From Planctomycetota bacterium (lineage in GTDB: Bacteria > Planctomycetota > MHYJ01 > JACPRB01), in contig JACPRC010000012.1 of NCBI GenBank assembly GCA_016190175.1, positions 1-27,102 of the forward strand: DNA of 27,102 nt, given 5' to 3'. Numbering within the stretch: the stretch's first letter is position 1; each line of letters begins with the position of its first letter. Made by a program: the position numbers and the translations under genes. The notes below the pieces were generated by a model that saw only the letters and a program-made list of their open reading frames with translations, was not told the DNA's origin and did not search any database. Of the stretch, positions 1-8,300 are shown piece by piece.

Positions 1-15
1 AGCTGCCCGGAGGGT

Positions 16-55
16 GACTTATTCATCCGGGCGGCGGAGCCCGGATGAATAAGTC
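16..55. terminator. Perfect 16-bp inverted repeat (GACTTATTCATCCGGG-N8-CCCGGATGAATAAGTC). Candidate hairpin/terminator 3' of the minus-strand lipoprotein gene. No U-tract.
   Basis: Direct reading: the two arms are exact reverse complements. The stem is AT-rich in a GC-rich context. It lies about 38 nt downstream of the stop at position 93. Confidence 0.3.
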
Positions 56-92
56 AGGCTAGCCCGGTGCGGGAATCCCGCCGCAACAAAAA

Positions 93-1355
93 TCAGTTCT
101 GCGACCAGACGAACAGCCCGTCCGACACCGCCCGCTCGCCCCAGTGGTCGGCCTTCTGGTTGTCCGAGGGGAAGTTGACGATCCCGTTGATCGACATGTT
201 CGAGACGAACATGGTCGTCGAGCCGCCGCCGTCGAGGTTGAAGGCGTTCCACGCGCCGAGGTCCTTCATGTACTGCGCCAGCGCCGCGATCGTCATCCCC
301 GCCCCCGCCGAGGTGCGCCCGTCCACCGTCACGAGAAGCAGATGGCCGTCCTTCGTGGTGCCGATCGCCGTGCGCGGGTGCTTGGTGGTGTAGAACGTGC
401 TCGTCCCGGCGGGCCACACGTCGACCTCCCCGTCCGTAACCAGGTTCGGGTGGCCGCCGAGCGCCTGGAACGCCGCCGCCCAGTCCGTGTTCTGGCCGAC
501 GCCCTGCACCATCGGCGTCCCTTGCGCGGTGAGCCCGAACGTGGGTTGCGTTCCCACGCCGAGGTGGTTGTACGACTTGACGACGCCGTCGATCTTCACC
601 ATGTCGAGCGAGACGCCGCCGCTCGCGAAGAAGCCGCCGTTGATCGCGGCGACCGCCCCCGCGCCCGCCGCCTTCTGGCTCGTGTACATCGACGAACCCG
701 TCGTGAACGGCTTCACGACGACGCCGTTCGTCCCGAGCGCGACGTCGAGGACGTTCACCGTCTGCTTCCCGCCCGCGTAGTTCGAGTAGATCTTCTTCTT
801 CCACGTGACGCCGGGCTTGACCGCGACCGCCTGCCACTGGTCCGGGACGTCCAGCTCGATCGCGAGTTTGTACGCGCCGGAATGGACGACGCCGTTGCTG
901 AAGTAGCTGTCGACGACGACGTAGTAAGTCCCGGCCTGGACCTGGATTTCGAGCTGCGTGTTCGCCCGCGCCGTGCACTGTGTCGCGACGCCATCCTCGA
1001 CGGCGAGCCCGGTGAGGACGTTGATGTCCACGTCGACGTCCGCCGCCTCGAGGACCTCGGCCTTGAGCGTGCCCGCCTGGGCGACGACGACCTTGTAGTA
1101 GAACTCGGGGCCGCTCTCGTTGGTCGTCGGTGCGGCGGAGTAGTAGTCGATGAGGCTTGTCGCCGACTTCTTCGTGTCGTTGTCCTGGACGAAGGGGAAC
1201 TGGGCGGCGAGGTACGGGTGCCCGGGGGTGCCGTCCTCGACGGCGGGCGCGACGGCCGCCGCGGGCGGGGCCGCGTCGTCGGAGCCGCCGCCGCCGCAGG
1301 CGGCCAGGAGGAGCAGGAGCCAGGGGAGTCCGCGTCGCATGGGTTCGGGGAACAT
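93..1355 (-). CDS. Lipoprotein with a C-terminal phosphodiester glycosidase (NAGPA-like / DUF2233) domain. A likely alternative start is the ATG at 1340 (MRRGLPW...).
   Basis: Signal peptide with lipobox LLLLLAAC-GGGGS. C-terminal motifs INGGFF and NLDGGGS are typical of the phosphodiester glycosidase family. Codon usage is consistent with the GC-rich genome. Confidence 0.6.
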   Translation of the reverse strand: MFPEPMRRGLPWLLLLLAACGGGGSDDAAPPAAAVAPAVEDGTPGHPYLAAQFPFVQDNDTKKSATSLIDYYSAAPTTNESGPEFYYKVVVAQAGTLKAEVLEAADVDVDINVLTGLAVEDGVATQCTARANTQLEIQVQAGTYYVVVDSYFSNGVVHSGAYKLAIELDVPDQWQAVAVKPGVTWKKKIYSNYAGGKQTVNVLDVALGTNGVVVKPFTTGSSMYTSQKAAGAGAVAAINGGFFASGGVSLDMVKIDGVVKSYNHLGVGTQPTFGLTAQGTPMVQGVGQNTDWAAAFQALGGHPNLVTDGEVDVWPAGTSTFYTTKHPRTAIGTTKDGHLLLVTVDGRTSAGAGMTIAALAQYMKDLGAWNAFNLDGGGSTTMFVSNMSINGIVNFPSDNQKADHWGERAVSDGLFVWSQN

Positions 1356-1406
1356 ACCAGATTGAACGGGGATTTCAAGGGGTTCGTACGGGCGCGACCC
1401 CGGCTC

Positions 1407-2192
1407 CTACTCGACCACCTCGAACTCCGTCTCGCCTTCGAGCGTTCCCTGCCATGCCCGCGCGAGCATCGCCTTCGAGTTCCCCGCGAAGGACCAATCT
1501 CGGCTCGATGCCCCCTCCAACCGTCTCAGATCGAACTGGAACCGGTAGGACGCGCGGACCGTGTATCTCCCCGACTTGAGAGGGACCTGTTTCGCCTTCT
1601 CGTACGCCGCCTTCAGAGACGGATCCATGCCCCCGAGATCCCATTCCGCGCTGAAGTCGACGCTCCGGAGGGACGCCGACTTGCCCGGCTCGATGACGAA
1701 GAACCGATCCTCGGTCATGTGCCGGTGCACCATCACCTGGGGCAGGAAGCCCCCGGCGTAGCGGATGGGCTTCCCGTCCCGCAGCACGACGATCCGGCAG
1801 TCGGCGAGGAGCCCGCCGTCATGAATGAACTTGAGCGCCGTGACCGGGAAGTCCTCGACGTTCCTGATCTTCGCGTCGATGACGATCCTCTCGCCCGGCC
1901 TGTATTTCTTGCGGTCGCAGGATACTCCGAGTGTCAGGGCCTTTGCCTTGAGCGCGGCCTCGATCCGGTCCAGGATCGATCTTGCGCGGAGCCGCACCTC
2001 GCCGTCCCGGTGATCCAGGAGGGCCCGAACGGCGGAGACGGCGGGGCGACCGATCTTCACGAGCGCGGCGGTCGCCTCGTCCCGCACCTCCAGATCCTCG
2101 GAGGCCAGATCGTCGCACCATCTCCGGATACGCTCGTCGGTCGGAGGGTCCTGGGCGAACAAGACCATCGTCAGCAGTGTCTCGAGGATCAT
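1407..2192 (-). CDS. HEAT-repeat (PBS-lyase-like) protein with a C-terminal uncharacterised beta-rich domain. Start trimmed to the ATG at 2192 (MILETLL...) with an upstream GGAGG.
   Basis: HEAT-like repeats are visible (DLEVRDEATAALVKIG..., DGEVRLRARSILDRIE). The upstream 90 aa of the long ORF are Arg/Pro-rich and would overlap the divergent gene. GGAGG lies 5 nt before the ATG at 2192. Confidence 0.5.
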   Translation of the reverse strand: MILETLLTMVLFAQDPPTDERIRRWCDDLASEDLEVRDEATAALVKIGRPAVSAVRALLDHRDGEVRLRARSILDRIEAALKAKALTLGVSCDRKKYRPGERIVIDAKIRNVEDFPVTALKFIHDGGLLADCRIVVLRDGKPIRYAGGFLPQVMVHRHMTEDRFFVIEPGKSASLRSVDFSAEWDLGGMDPSLKAAYEKAKQVPLKSGRYTVRASYRFQFDLRRLEGASSRDWSFAGNSKAMLARAWQGTLEGETEFEVVE

Positions 2193-2331
2193 GATCTCCT
2201 CCGCAACTGGTAGACGAAAAAGCACATGCCGGGCCACGCCATCGGCGCGGCGATTTCGCGCCGGAGTGTATCTCGGAGGATACGGACGCGGCGCTCCCTG
2301 TCTCCCCATCTCCCTTCCCCCCCTTTGGGAC

Positions 2332-2362
2332 TTTGGACTTTTCGGCCGCCGCGCGCCATAAT
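2332..2362 (+). promoter_or_regulatory. Candidate sigma70-like promoter: TTGGAC-N18-CATAAT. The -10 element ends about 8 nt before the ATG at 2371, so the mRNA would be leaderless or nearly so. No SD is present.
   Basis: Direct reading. The -35 is 4/6 and the -10 is 5/6 to consensus. There is no GGAGG-like element upstream of the ATG. A C7 homopolymer and a polypyrimidine tract lie just upstream (2293-2330). Confidence 0.3.
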
Positions 2363-2370
2363 CCGCTCCC

Positions 2371-3639
2371 ATGAAACTCGCATGCGTCGGCGCCGGCGCC
2401 TGCTTCGCCAACGTCGTCGAGGACGTCCTGGCGAAGTGCCGCAAGAACAAGGACTCCGATTTCAAGTGGAAGGTGCTCTACGAGGCCCTCCAGCGCCCGG
2501 GACCGGGGCCGCAGTTCGAGGTCCACTACGTCGACTGCGGGCCCGAGCTCGCCCGCGCGAAGCAGAAGGGGGAAGTCTTCACCTACGACATCTCCAAGGG
2601 CGGCCTCCTCTCGGGCGCGGGCCACGTCGGCACGGGCGAGAAGTTCTTTCACGACGCCCAGTGGAGCGTCGTGCGGGACCTCCAGACGAACCTGAGCAAG
2701 AACCCGCCCGGCCTCTTCCTCTCGATCCGCGGCGGCGGCGCCACCAACTGCGGCGCGGGCTTCCAGCTCGACCGCGAGATCCTCGGGAAGTACGAGAACT
2801 CCGTCCTCCTCCAGTTCATCATCCTCCCCTACCGCGGCGAGGGGATCGAGGCGAGCCGCGTGGTGTACCTCGCCTGGCAGGTGCTGGAGCTCCTGCGCGA
2901 GTACCCCGACCGCTACGCTCCCGTCGTCATCTCGAACGAACAGATCCTGGCCGGCGCGCAGAGCTTCGAGAAGGCGGGGATGAACTGGTTCTACCCGCTC
3001 GCCAACACGATCGTCGCCGACGTGCTCGCGCGCATCCTCTATCCCACGCTCTATGCCGGCTCGGGCGAGAGCGGCGCGGTGGAGCAGGGCGCGTTCGAGC
3101 TGGACTCGCGGCAGAAGTACCTCGACATCCGCGACTTCGTCCGCCAGCCGGGCTTCCGCAGCGTCGGCTACGCCCACCTCGACGACACGGTGCCGCTCGA
3201 CCCGAAGGCGCTCGGGAAGCTCGTGAAGGACTCGCTCGGGGCTCTCCAGGTCGGGAAGATCCCGGACTCCGAGGAGCTGGGGCTGACGGGGAACCTCTCG
3301 CCGATGACGAACCCGCTCACGGCGTTCGCGCTCCTGACGGGTCCGCGCGGGGCGGTCGGCGACATCACGAAGGCGAAGCTCTCGGGCCTCCTCGAGGACG
3401 AGCTGCCCGGGTCGTTCCCCCGCGCGTACGCGTACGACATCACGCCGGGGAAGTACGAGTTCCTCCTTTTCCCGGGTGGCGGCGTCCCCGACGACATCCG
3501 CGCGTGGTGCGAGCGGTTCGGGAAGAACCTGCGCAACCCGCGGTACAAGGACGTCGTGAGCCAGGCGACGCACGACTTCGCGCGCGTCTGCGAGTACCAC
3601 GAGAAGCTCTGCGCGCAGTTCCAGATCAAGCCGGCATGA
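2371..3639 (+). CDS. Tubulin/FtsZ-superfamily GTPase (divergent tubulin-like protein), 422 aa.
   Basis: N-terminal glycine-rich T1-like loop CVGAGACFAN (tubulin: AGQCGNQ). T3-like LLSGAGHVGTGEKFF (tubulin: GQSGAGNNWAKGHY). T4-like signature RGGGATNCGAGF followed by DREILGKY (tubulin: GGGTGSG...SKIREEY). T7-like VISNEQIL (tubulin: IDNEALY; contains the catalytic Glu). Confidence 0.6.
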   Translation: MKLACVGAGACFANVVEDVLAKCRKNKDSDFKWKVLYEALQRPGPGPQFEVHYVDCGPELARAKQKGEVFTYDISKGGLLSGAGHVGTGEKFFHDAQWSVVRDLQTNLSKNPPGLFLSIRGGGATNCGAGFQLDREILGKYENSVLLQFIILPYRGEGIEASRVVYLAWQVLELLREYPDRYAPVVISNEQILAGAQSFEKAGMNWFYPLANTIVADVLARILYPTLYAGSGESGAVEQGAFELDSRQKYLDIRDFVRQPGFRSVGYAHLDDTVPLDPKALGKLVKDSLGALQVGKIPDSEELGLTGNLSPMTNPLTAFALLTGPRGAVGDITKAKLSGLLEDELPGSFPRAYAYDITPGKYEFLLFPGGGVPDDIRAWCERFGKNLRNPRYKDVVSQATHDFARVCEYHEKLCAQFQIKPA

Positions 3640-4694
3640 CCTACGACGTCGTCGTGGTGGGCGGCAGCGTCGCGGGCGCCGTGACCGCGCGGGAGCTGGG
3701 CCGCCGCGGGCTCCGCGTGGCGCTCGTCGAGAAGGCGCGGTTCCCCCGCCTCAAGCCGTGCGGGGAGGGACTGCTGCCCCACGGAGCCGCTGCGCTCGTC
3801 GGAATGGGGCTTCGCTACCCGGGCGAACCGGTGCGGGGGCTGCGCTTCGTCTCCCCCTCCGGCATCGTCGCGCAGGCGGACTTCCCGTGGGGCCGGGGGA
3901 TGGTCGTCCGCCGCGACCGCTTCGACGAGTTCCTCCTCCGCTCCGTCGGTCCCAACGTCGATGTCTTCGAGGGCACGTCCTACGATCCGCGCCGCTTCCC
4001 CGCGCGATGGATCGTCGGTGCCGACGGCGTGCGTTCGCAGTTCCACCGCCGTCCGGAATTCCGCGCCCGGCCGCCGCGCCACGTCCGCGTCGGCCTGAGC
4101 ACGCACGTGCGCGGGCTGCGCATCGACCGTGAACGGGTGGAGGTGGTCCTGTTCGAAGGCGGCGAGATCTACCTCGGGCCGTCGCACGGAGACGAGGCGC
4201 TCGTCGCGTGCCTCTATTGGAAGGAGGCGCTGCCGCGAGGGGCGTCCGGCGAGGAGCGTGTGCGGAAGACCCTCGAGGTCCGCCTGCCCGGCCGCGTCGG
4301 CCGCCTCGAGTTCACGTCCCCGTGTCTCGCGCTCGCGCCGCTGGGCCTCGCCGTGAACGGCGTCGCGCGCGACCCGGTCGTCCTGGTGGGGGACGCGGCA
4401 GGGACGCTGGATCCGCTGACGGGGGAGGGGATGTCGCTGGCGATCCTCTCGGCCCGCGCGGCGGCGGATGCGATCGCTTCCGGCGACCTGCGCGGCTATC
4501 CGCCCCGCCGGAAGGCGCTGGCGGCGGGCGCGGAGTGGCTGTCGCGGTGGATGCTGCGCGCGGCGCGGCGGCCGAAGGTCGCCGACCGCGTCGTGGCCGC
4601 GCTTGCGGACCGGCCCGCGCTGTTCGCGCGGCTCCTCGACATCGCCACGGGCGGGCGGGTGAGCTACGTCGCGCTGGCGCGGCTCGTGCTCTGA
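3636..4694 (+). CDS. FAD-dependent oxidoreductase of the geranylgeranyl reductase family. Translationally coupled to the tubulin-like gene by an ATGA overlap.
   Basis: N-terminal Rossmann motif VVVVGGSVAGAV. Motifs GADGVRS and VGDAAGTLDPLTGEGMS (FAD-binding GD motif). Its start ATG overlaps the upstream stop codon. Confidence 0.75.
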   Translation: MTYDVVVVGGSVAGAVTARELGRRGLRVALVEKARFPRLKPCGEGLLPHGAAALVGMGLRYPGEPVRGLRFVSPSGIVAQADFPWGRGMVVRRDRFDEFLLRSVGPNVDVFEGTSYDPRRFPARWIVGADGVRSQFHRRPEFRARPPRHVRVGLSTHVRGLRIDRERVEVVLFEGGEIYLGPSHGDEALVACLYWKEALPRGASGEERVRKTLEVRLPGRVGRLEFTSPCLALAPLGLAVNGVARDPVVLVGDAAGTLDPLTGEGMSLAILSARAAADAIASGDLRGYPPRRKALAAGAEWLSRWMLRAARRPKVADRVVAALADRPALFARLLDIATGGRVSYVALARLVL

Positions 4695-4695
4695 A

Positions 4696-5220
4696 TCACC
4701 GTTTCGTCCGGTTGTGGTGCTCCGTCGCGTCCAGGTCCAGCTTCCACTCGCCGCCCTCCCACACGAGGACGGCATCGGTGCGGAGCGTCGCGATCTTGCC
4801 GGTCCTCGGGTCGCGCAGCGGTTGCTCCGTCGTGATGACCCCTCGGTCCCCGTCCGCTCGACCGCCGAGATATCGGGCTTCCGAGAACGACCGGCGGTGG
4901 TCGGGATCCTCGAACAGGACCTCCTGCATGGCGAAATACAGTTCCTCGCCCGTCTCGTATGATGCGACGGGGCGCGGCAGCCTCGCCAGGTCCCGGTAGG
5001 CGGCCGCCTCGGCGGGGTCCGACTTCACCCGGTGCAGGATGGTGTCCCAGTAGCCCCGCACGGTGTCGCGGCTCCGCCGGGAGTGGAGCTGGAAGATGCG
5101 CCGCGCGTCCCGCCTCTGCGCGGCCGAGGTCAGGTGGGCGAAGTACTCCCGCGGCTCCGGACGCTCGTCCCGCTTCGTGCAGGCCGACAAGAGGATCAGC
5201 AGTACGACCGCGTGCCTCAT
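4696..5220 (-). CDS. Small lipoprotein of unknown function, 174 aa. Convergent with the flavoprotein gene with a 1-bp gap.
   Basis: This is the C-terminal part of the long antisense ORF 4696..7887. It starts at an internal ATG with signal peptide MRHAVVLLILLSAC (lipobox LSAC). The remainder of that long ORF is antisense to the kinase gene and Arg-rich (spurious). Confidence 0.5.
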   Translation of the reverse strand: MRHAVVLLILLSACTKRDERPEPREYFAHLTSAAQRRDARRIFQLHSRRSRDTVRGYWDTILHRVKSDPAEAAAYRDLARLPRPVASYETGEELYFAMQEVLFEDPDHRRSFSEARYLGGRADGDRGVITTEQPLRDPRTGKIATLRTDAVLVWEGGEWKLDLDATEHHNRTKR

Positions 5221-5278
5221 GGCGGCCTTATACTCGCCCGACTCGGCGGCCGCTAGGCTTTTCTTCGGCCCCCTAAGC

Positions 5279-5311
5279 CACACCAAAAGTTGACAGGGAG
5301 CTTTTGGTGTG
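5279..5311 (+). repeat. Solo REP-like palindromic element: CACACCAAAAG-TTGACAGGGAG-CTTTTGGTGTG (11-bp stem, 11-nt loop).
   Basis: Perfect inverted-repeat arms read directly. Near-identical copy at 12097-12133 and a degenerate inverted copy at 11183-11215, both flanking the RAYT gene. Confidence 0.6.
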
Positions 5312-5361
5312 CAAGTCGCGAGGGTTATCTTCGGCTCCCCAATTCTGCTATAACCGCGCTC

Positions 5362-8300
5362 ATGGCCGACGCACCCGCCCCCGCGCCGCTCCGGCGCATC
5401 GGAGACATCGAACTTCTCCGCGAGGTCGGGCGCGGAGGCATGGGCGTCGTCTACGAGGGGCGGCAGGAGAAGCGGCGCGTCGCGGTCAAGGTCCTCCTCG
5501 GGGACGACTCCGATCCGGAAGCCGTCGTCCGGTTCCAGCGCGAGGCCTCCGCCGCGTCGATCCTCCAGCATCCGAACATCGTCCCCGTCACGCAATTTGG
5601 CCGGCACGAGGGGGTCTACTACTACGTGATGCCGTTCGTGGACGGCGAGTCGCTGGCGGCCCGCGTGCGGCGGCAGGGCGCCCTCGATCCGCGGGAGGCG
5701 GCCCGCTTCGCGCTGCAGGCCGCGCTCGCTCTCGACCACGCCCACCGGTTCGGCATCGTCCACCGCGACATCAAGCCCGCGAACCTGATGCTGGGCGAAC
5801 GGCTCATGGTCACCGACTTCGGCCTCGCGAAGGCGCTCGCTGCGCCGACGCTCACGGCCGCCGGCACCGTCGTGGGGACGCCCGCGTACATGAGCCCGGA
5901 GCAGGCGGCCGGCCTCAAGGTGGGGTCGCGGACGGACATCTACTCGCTCGGTGCCACCCTGTACGAAATGGCGACGGGGCGCGTGCCGTTCCAGGAGCGC
6001 GACGTCGCGCTGCTGCTCCGCCGGATCGAGGAGACCGATCCGCCGCTGCCCTCCACGATCCGCGCGGTCCCGCGGGACCTCGAGACGATCCTCCTGCGAG
6101 CGATGCAGAAGGACGCATCGCTCCGGTATCCGACGGCGGCGGAGATGGCGGAGGACCTCGGCCGGTTTCTCGCCGGACAGTCCATCCGCGCCCGGCGGAC
6201 GGGGTCGGTCCGGAAGCTCGCGCGCTGGGTCGGGCGCAGCCGGGCGCTTCCGGCCGCGGTCGTCCTGCTCTCGGCGCTCGTCGTCGCCGGCGTCTTCGCG
6301 CTCCGTTCGAAACGCGAGGTCGCGAAAGTCCGCACCGAGGGCCGCGAGAAGGAGGACGCAGCCCGCCGGGCGCAGGCGGAGCGCGCGTTCGCGGCGGCGG
6401 AGGTCCTCTTCGGCGAGAAGAAATGGGACGAGGCGCGCAAGCTCTACGAGGAAGTCGTGGCGCTGGGCACGCCCCTTGCGTTCGAGGCGAAAGCGGCGCT
6501 GGCCGAACTGGCGCTGGCGGCGGGGCGCCTCGACGACGCCCGCCGGTGGATCGAGACCCTGGGCCGGCCGCCGCTCCTCGCCGCGAAGCTGGCGCTGCGC
6601 GAGGGGGAGTGGCGCAGGGCGATCGAACTCGCGAAGAGCGTCCCGGACGAGCCGGACGCGTGGGACGTTCTCATCGAGGCGCACACGGCGCTCAAGGATC
6701 TCGACGCGGCGCGCGCGGCGCTGAAGGAGAAGGTGGAGCGGCAGCGCGCGAGGGCGCAGCTCCTTCTGCGCGAGGCGGACGCGGTCGTCGAGTCCGAACC
6801 CGGACGCGCGGAGCGTCTCTACCGGCGGGCGCTCGCCCTGTGCGATGCGGTCGGGATGGAGGCGCCGGCCGCGGCGGGACGCTGCGGGAGGCTCCTCTTC
6901 GCCCGCGGGCTCGGGCGCGAGGCGCTCCCCTACCTCGACCGTGACCCGGCGCAGTCGTACTGGAGCGTCCGCGTCCGCGTGGATCTGGGCTTGTGGCACG
7001 ACGCGCACGCGCGCTTCCGCCCGCGCGACCTCGACCGCGAGTCGGCGGAGACGGGACTGCAGATCGGCCTGGCGATGCTCGACCCGACCCTGGTCCGGGC
7101 GTGCCTCCCGCACGTCGCCGACCCGCGCCTCCGCTCGCTGGCGACCGGCGAGTCCGAAGATCCCGTGCTCCGGGCGCTGGTGAGCTCGCGGGCGGGCGAT
7201 TGGGAGCGGGCCCTGCCCCATGCGACCGACCCGACCGTGCGAGGCACGCTTCTCTTCCGCCTGGAGCGGACCGTCGAGGCCGCGCGCGAGTTCGAGAAGT
7301 CGCGCGACCCGCTGGGACGCATCGCCTGCGCGTACGAGCTGCGAGGCGCCCGCGCGGCGCGCGAGCTTGCGGAAGGCGCGCCGGGGGGCGATGCCGTCCG
7401 CGTCGCGCGCGTCCTGCTGCTCCTGCTGGAGGACCGGACGAAGGAGGCGCTCGAGGTGCTGATGGCCCTCTTCGAGGAGCAGCCCCCGATCCCGGCCGTG
7501 GCCCTGCTCGTCTTCCGGCTCCAGGACGTGATCCTGCGGATGCCCAAGGAGCCTCTCGACCGGCTTACGCGCAAGTTCGAGAACATCTTCCTCCGAAGGT
7601 TTCTCTCGGGCGACCGGCGCGAGTTCGAACGCATCCTCTGGCCGCAGCTCAATCTCGGGTTCCGGATGCTCGTGCCGATGATGCGCGACCTGGCGCCGTA
7701 CCGCATGTGGCAAGCCGATCAGGACTGGTACGTCGGGAACTCCCCCTCCGAGACGTCGATCCTGGCTCTCCTCGAGGACGCCGCCGGCGGCGCGCCGCAG
7801 ATCCGCGAGCTGGCGGAACAGCGCCTCCGAGCCCTGGATCCGGCGGCGATCCTCGTCCTGGAGCAGATCGCCGTTCGGAAGGGCCATCCGCGCGCGGAGG
7901 CCGCGCGCCGCTGGGCGGAAGTCCTGGCGGAACGGAGACGGCAGGAGCAGCGGATGAGACTCGGCAGCTTCGTGCGGCTGTACTCATACCACAAGGTGGT
8001 GACCTCGCTGTTCGGGGACGAGCTTTCCCTGAAGGATTGCCTGCTCAAACTGACCTTGTTCCGGGAGGCCGCGGGGGACCTCAAGGCACCGGAAGCCACG
8101 GCCGTGCTGGAGACGTACGCCCGGGACGAGAATCTCTCCGTCGCCATCACGGCGCTGCAGGGACTGTACGCGGTCGATCGCGCCGCCTTTCTCCGACATC
8201 TGGGAAGCAGGGCGGGCCTGCTCGCCGCCGCCCTGGTGGACACGGTCTCGTTGAGAGAGCCGCTCGAATCCGCGCTGAAGACCGCTCCGGAAGAACTGCG

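Noticed and set aside
19-978. 319-aa ORF on the minus strand overlapping the lipoprotein gene in another frame.
   Set aside because: Extremely Arg/Gly/Pro-rich with low complexity. Typical GC-rich shadow ORF. The 93..1355 frame has a signal peptide and conserved domain motifs.
144-2213. 689-aa plus-strand ORF.
   Set aside because: Antisense to two well-supported minus-strand genes. Arg-rich shadow ORF.
2321-2340. TGGGAC..TTTGGAC as a sigma-54 promoter.
   Set aside because: Lacks the -12 TTGC element at the right spacing. It better fits a sigma70 -35 (TTGGAC) paired with CATAAT.
2226-3635. N-terminal 470 aa of the 822-aa ORF 2226..4694.
   Set aside because: Only the part from ATG 3636 (the flavoprotein) has real motifs. 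The upstream part is Arg/Pro-rich and overlaps the tubulin-like gene in another frame.
3168-4775. 535-aa minus-strand ORF.
   Set aside because: Antisense to the flavoprotein and tubulin-like genes. Low-complexity, Arg-rich.
5221-7887. Upstream 889 aa of the minus-strand ORF 4696..7887.
   Set aside because: Antisense to the giant kinase gene and Arg/Pro-rich. Only the last 174 aa (lipoprotein, 4696..5220) are credible.
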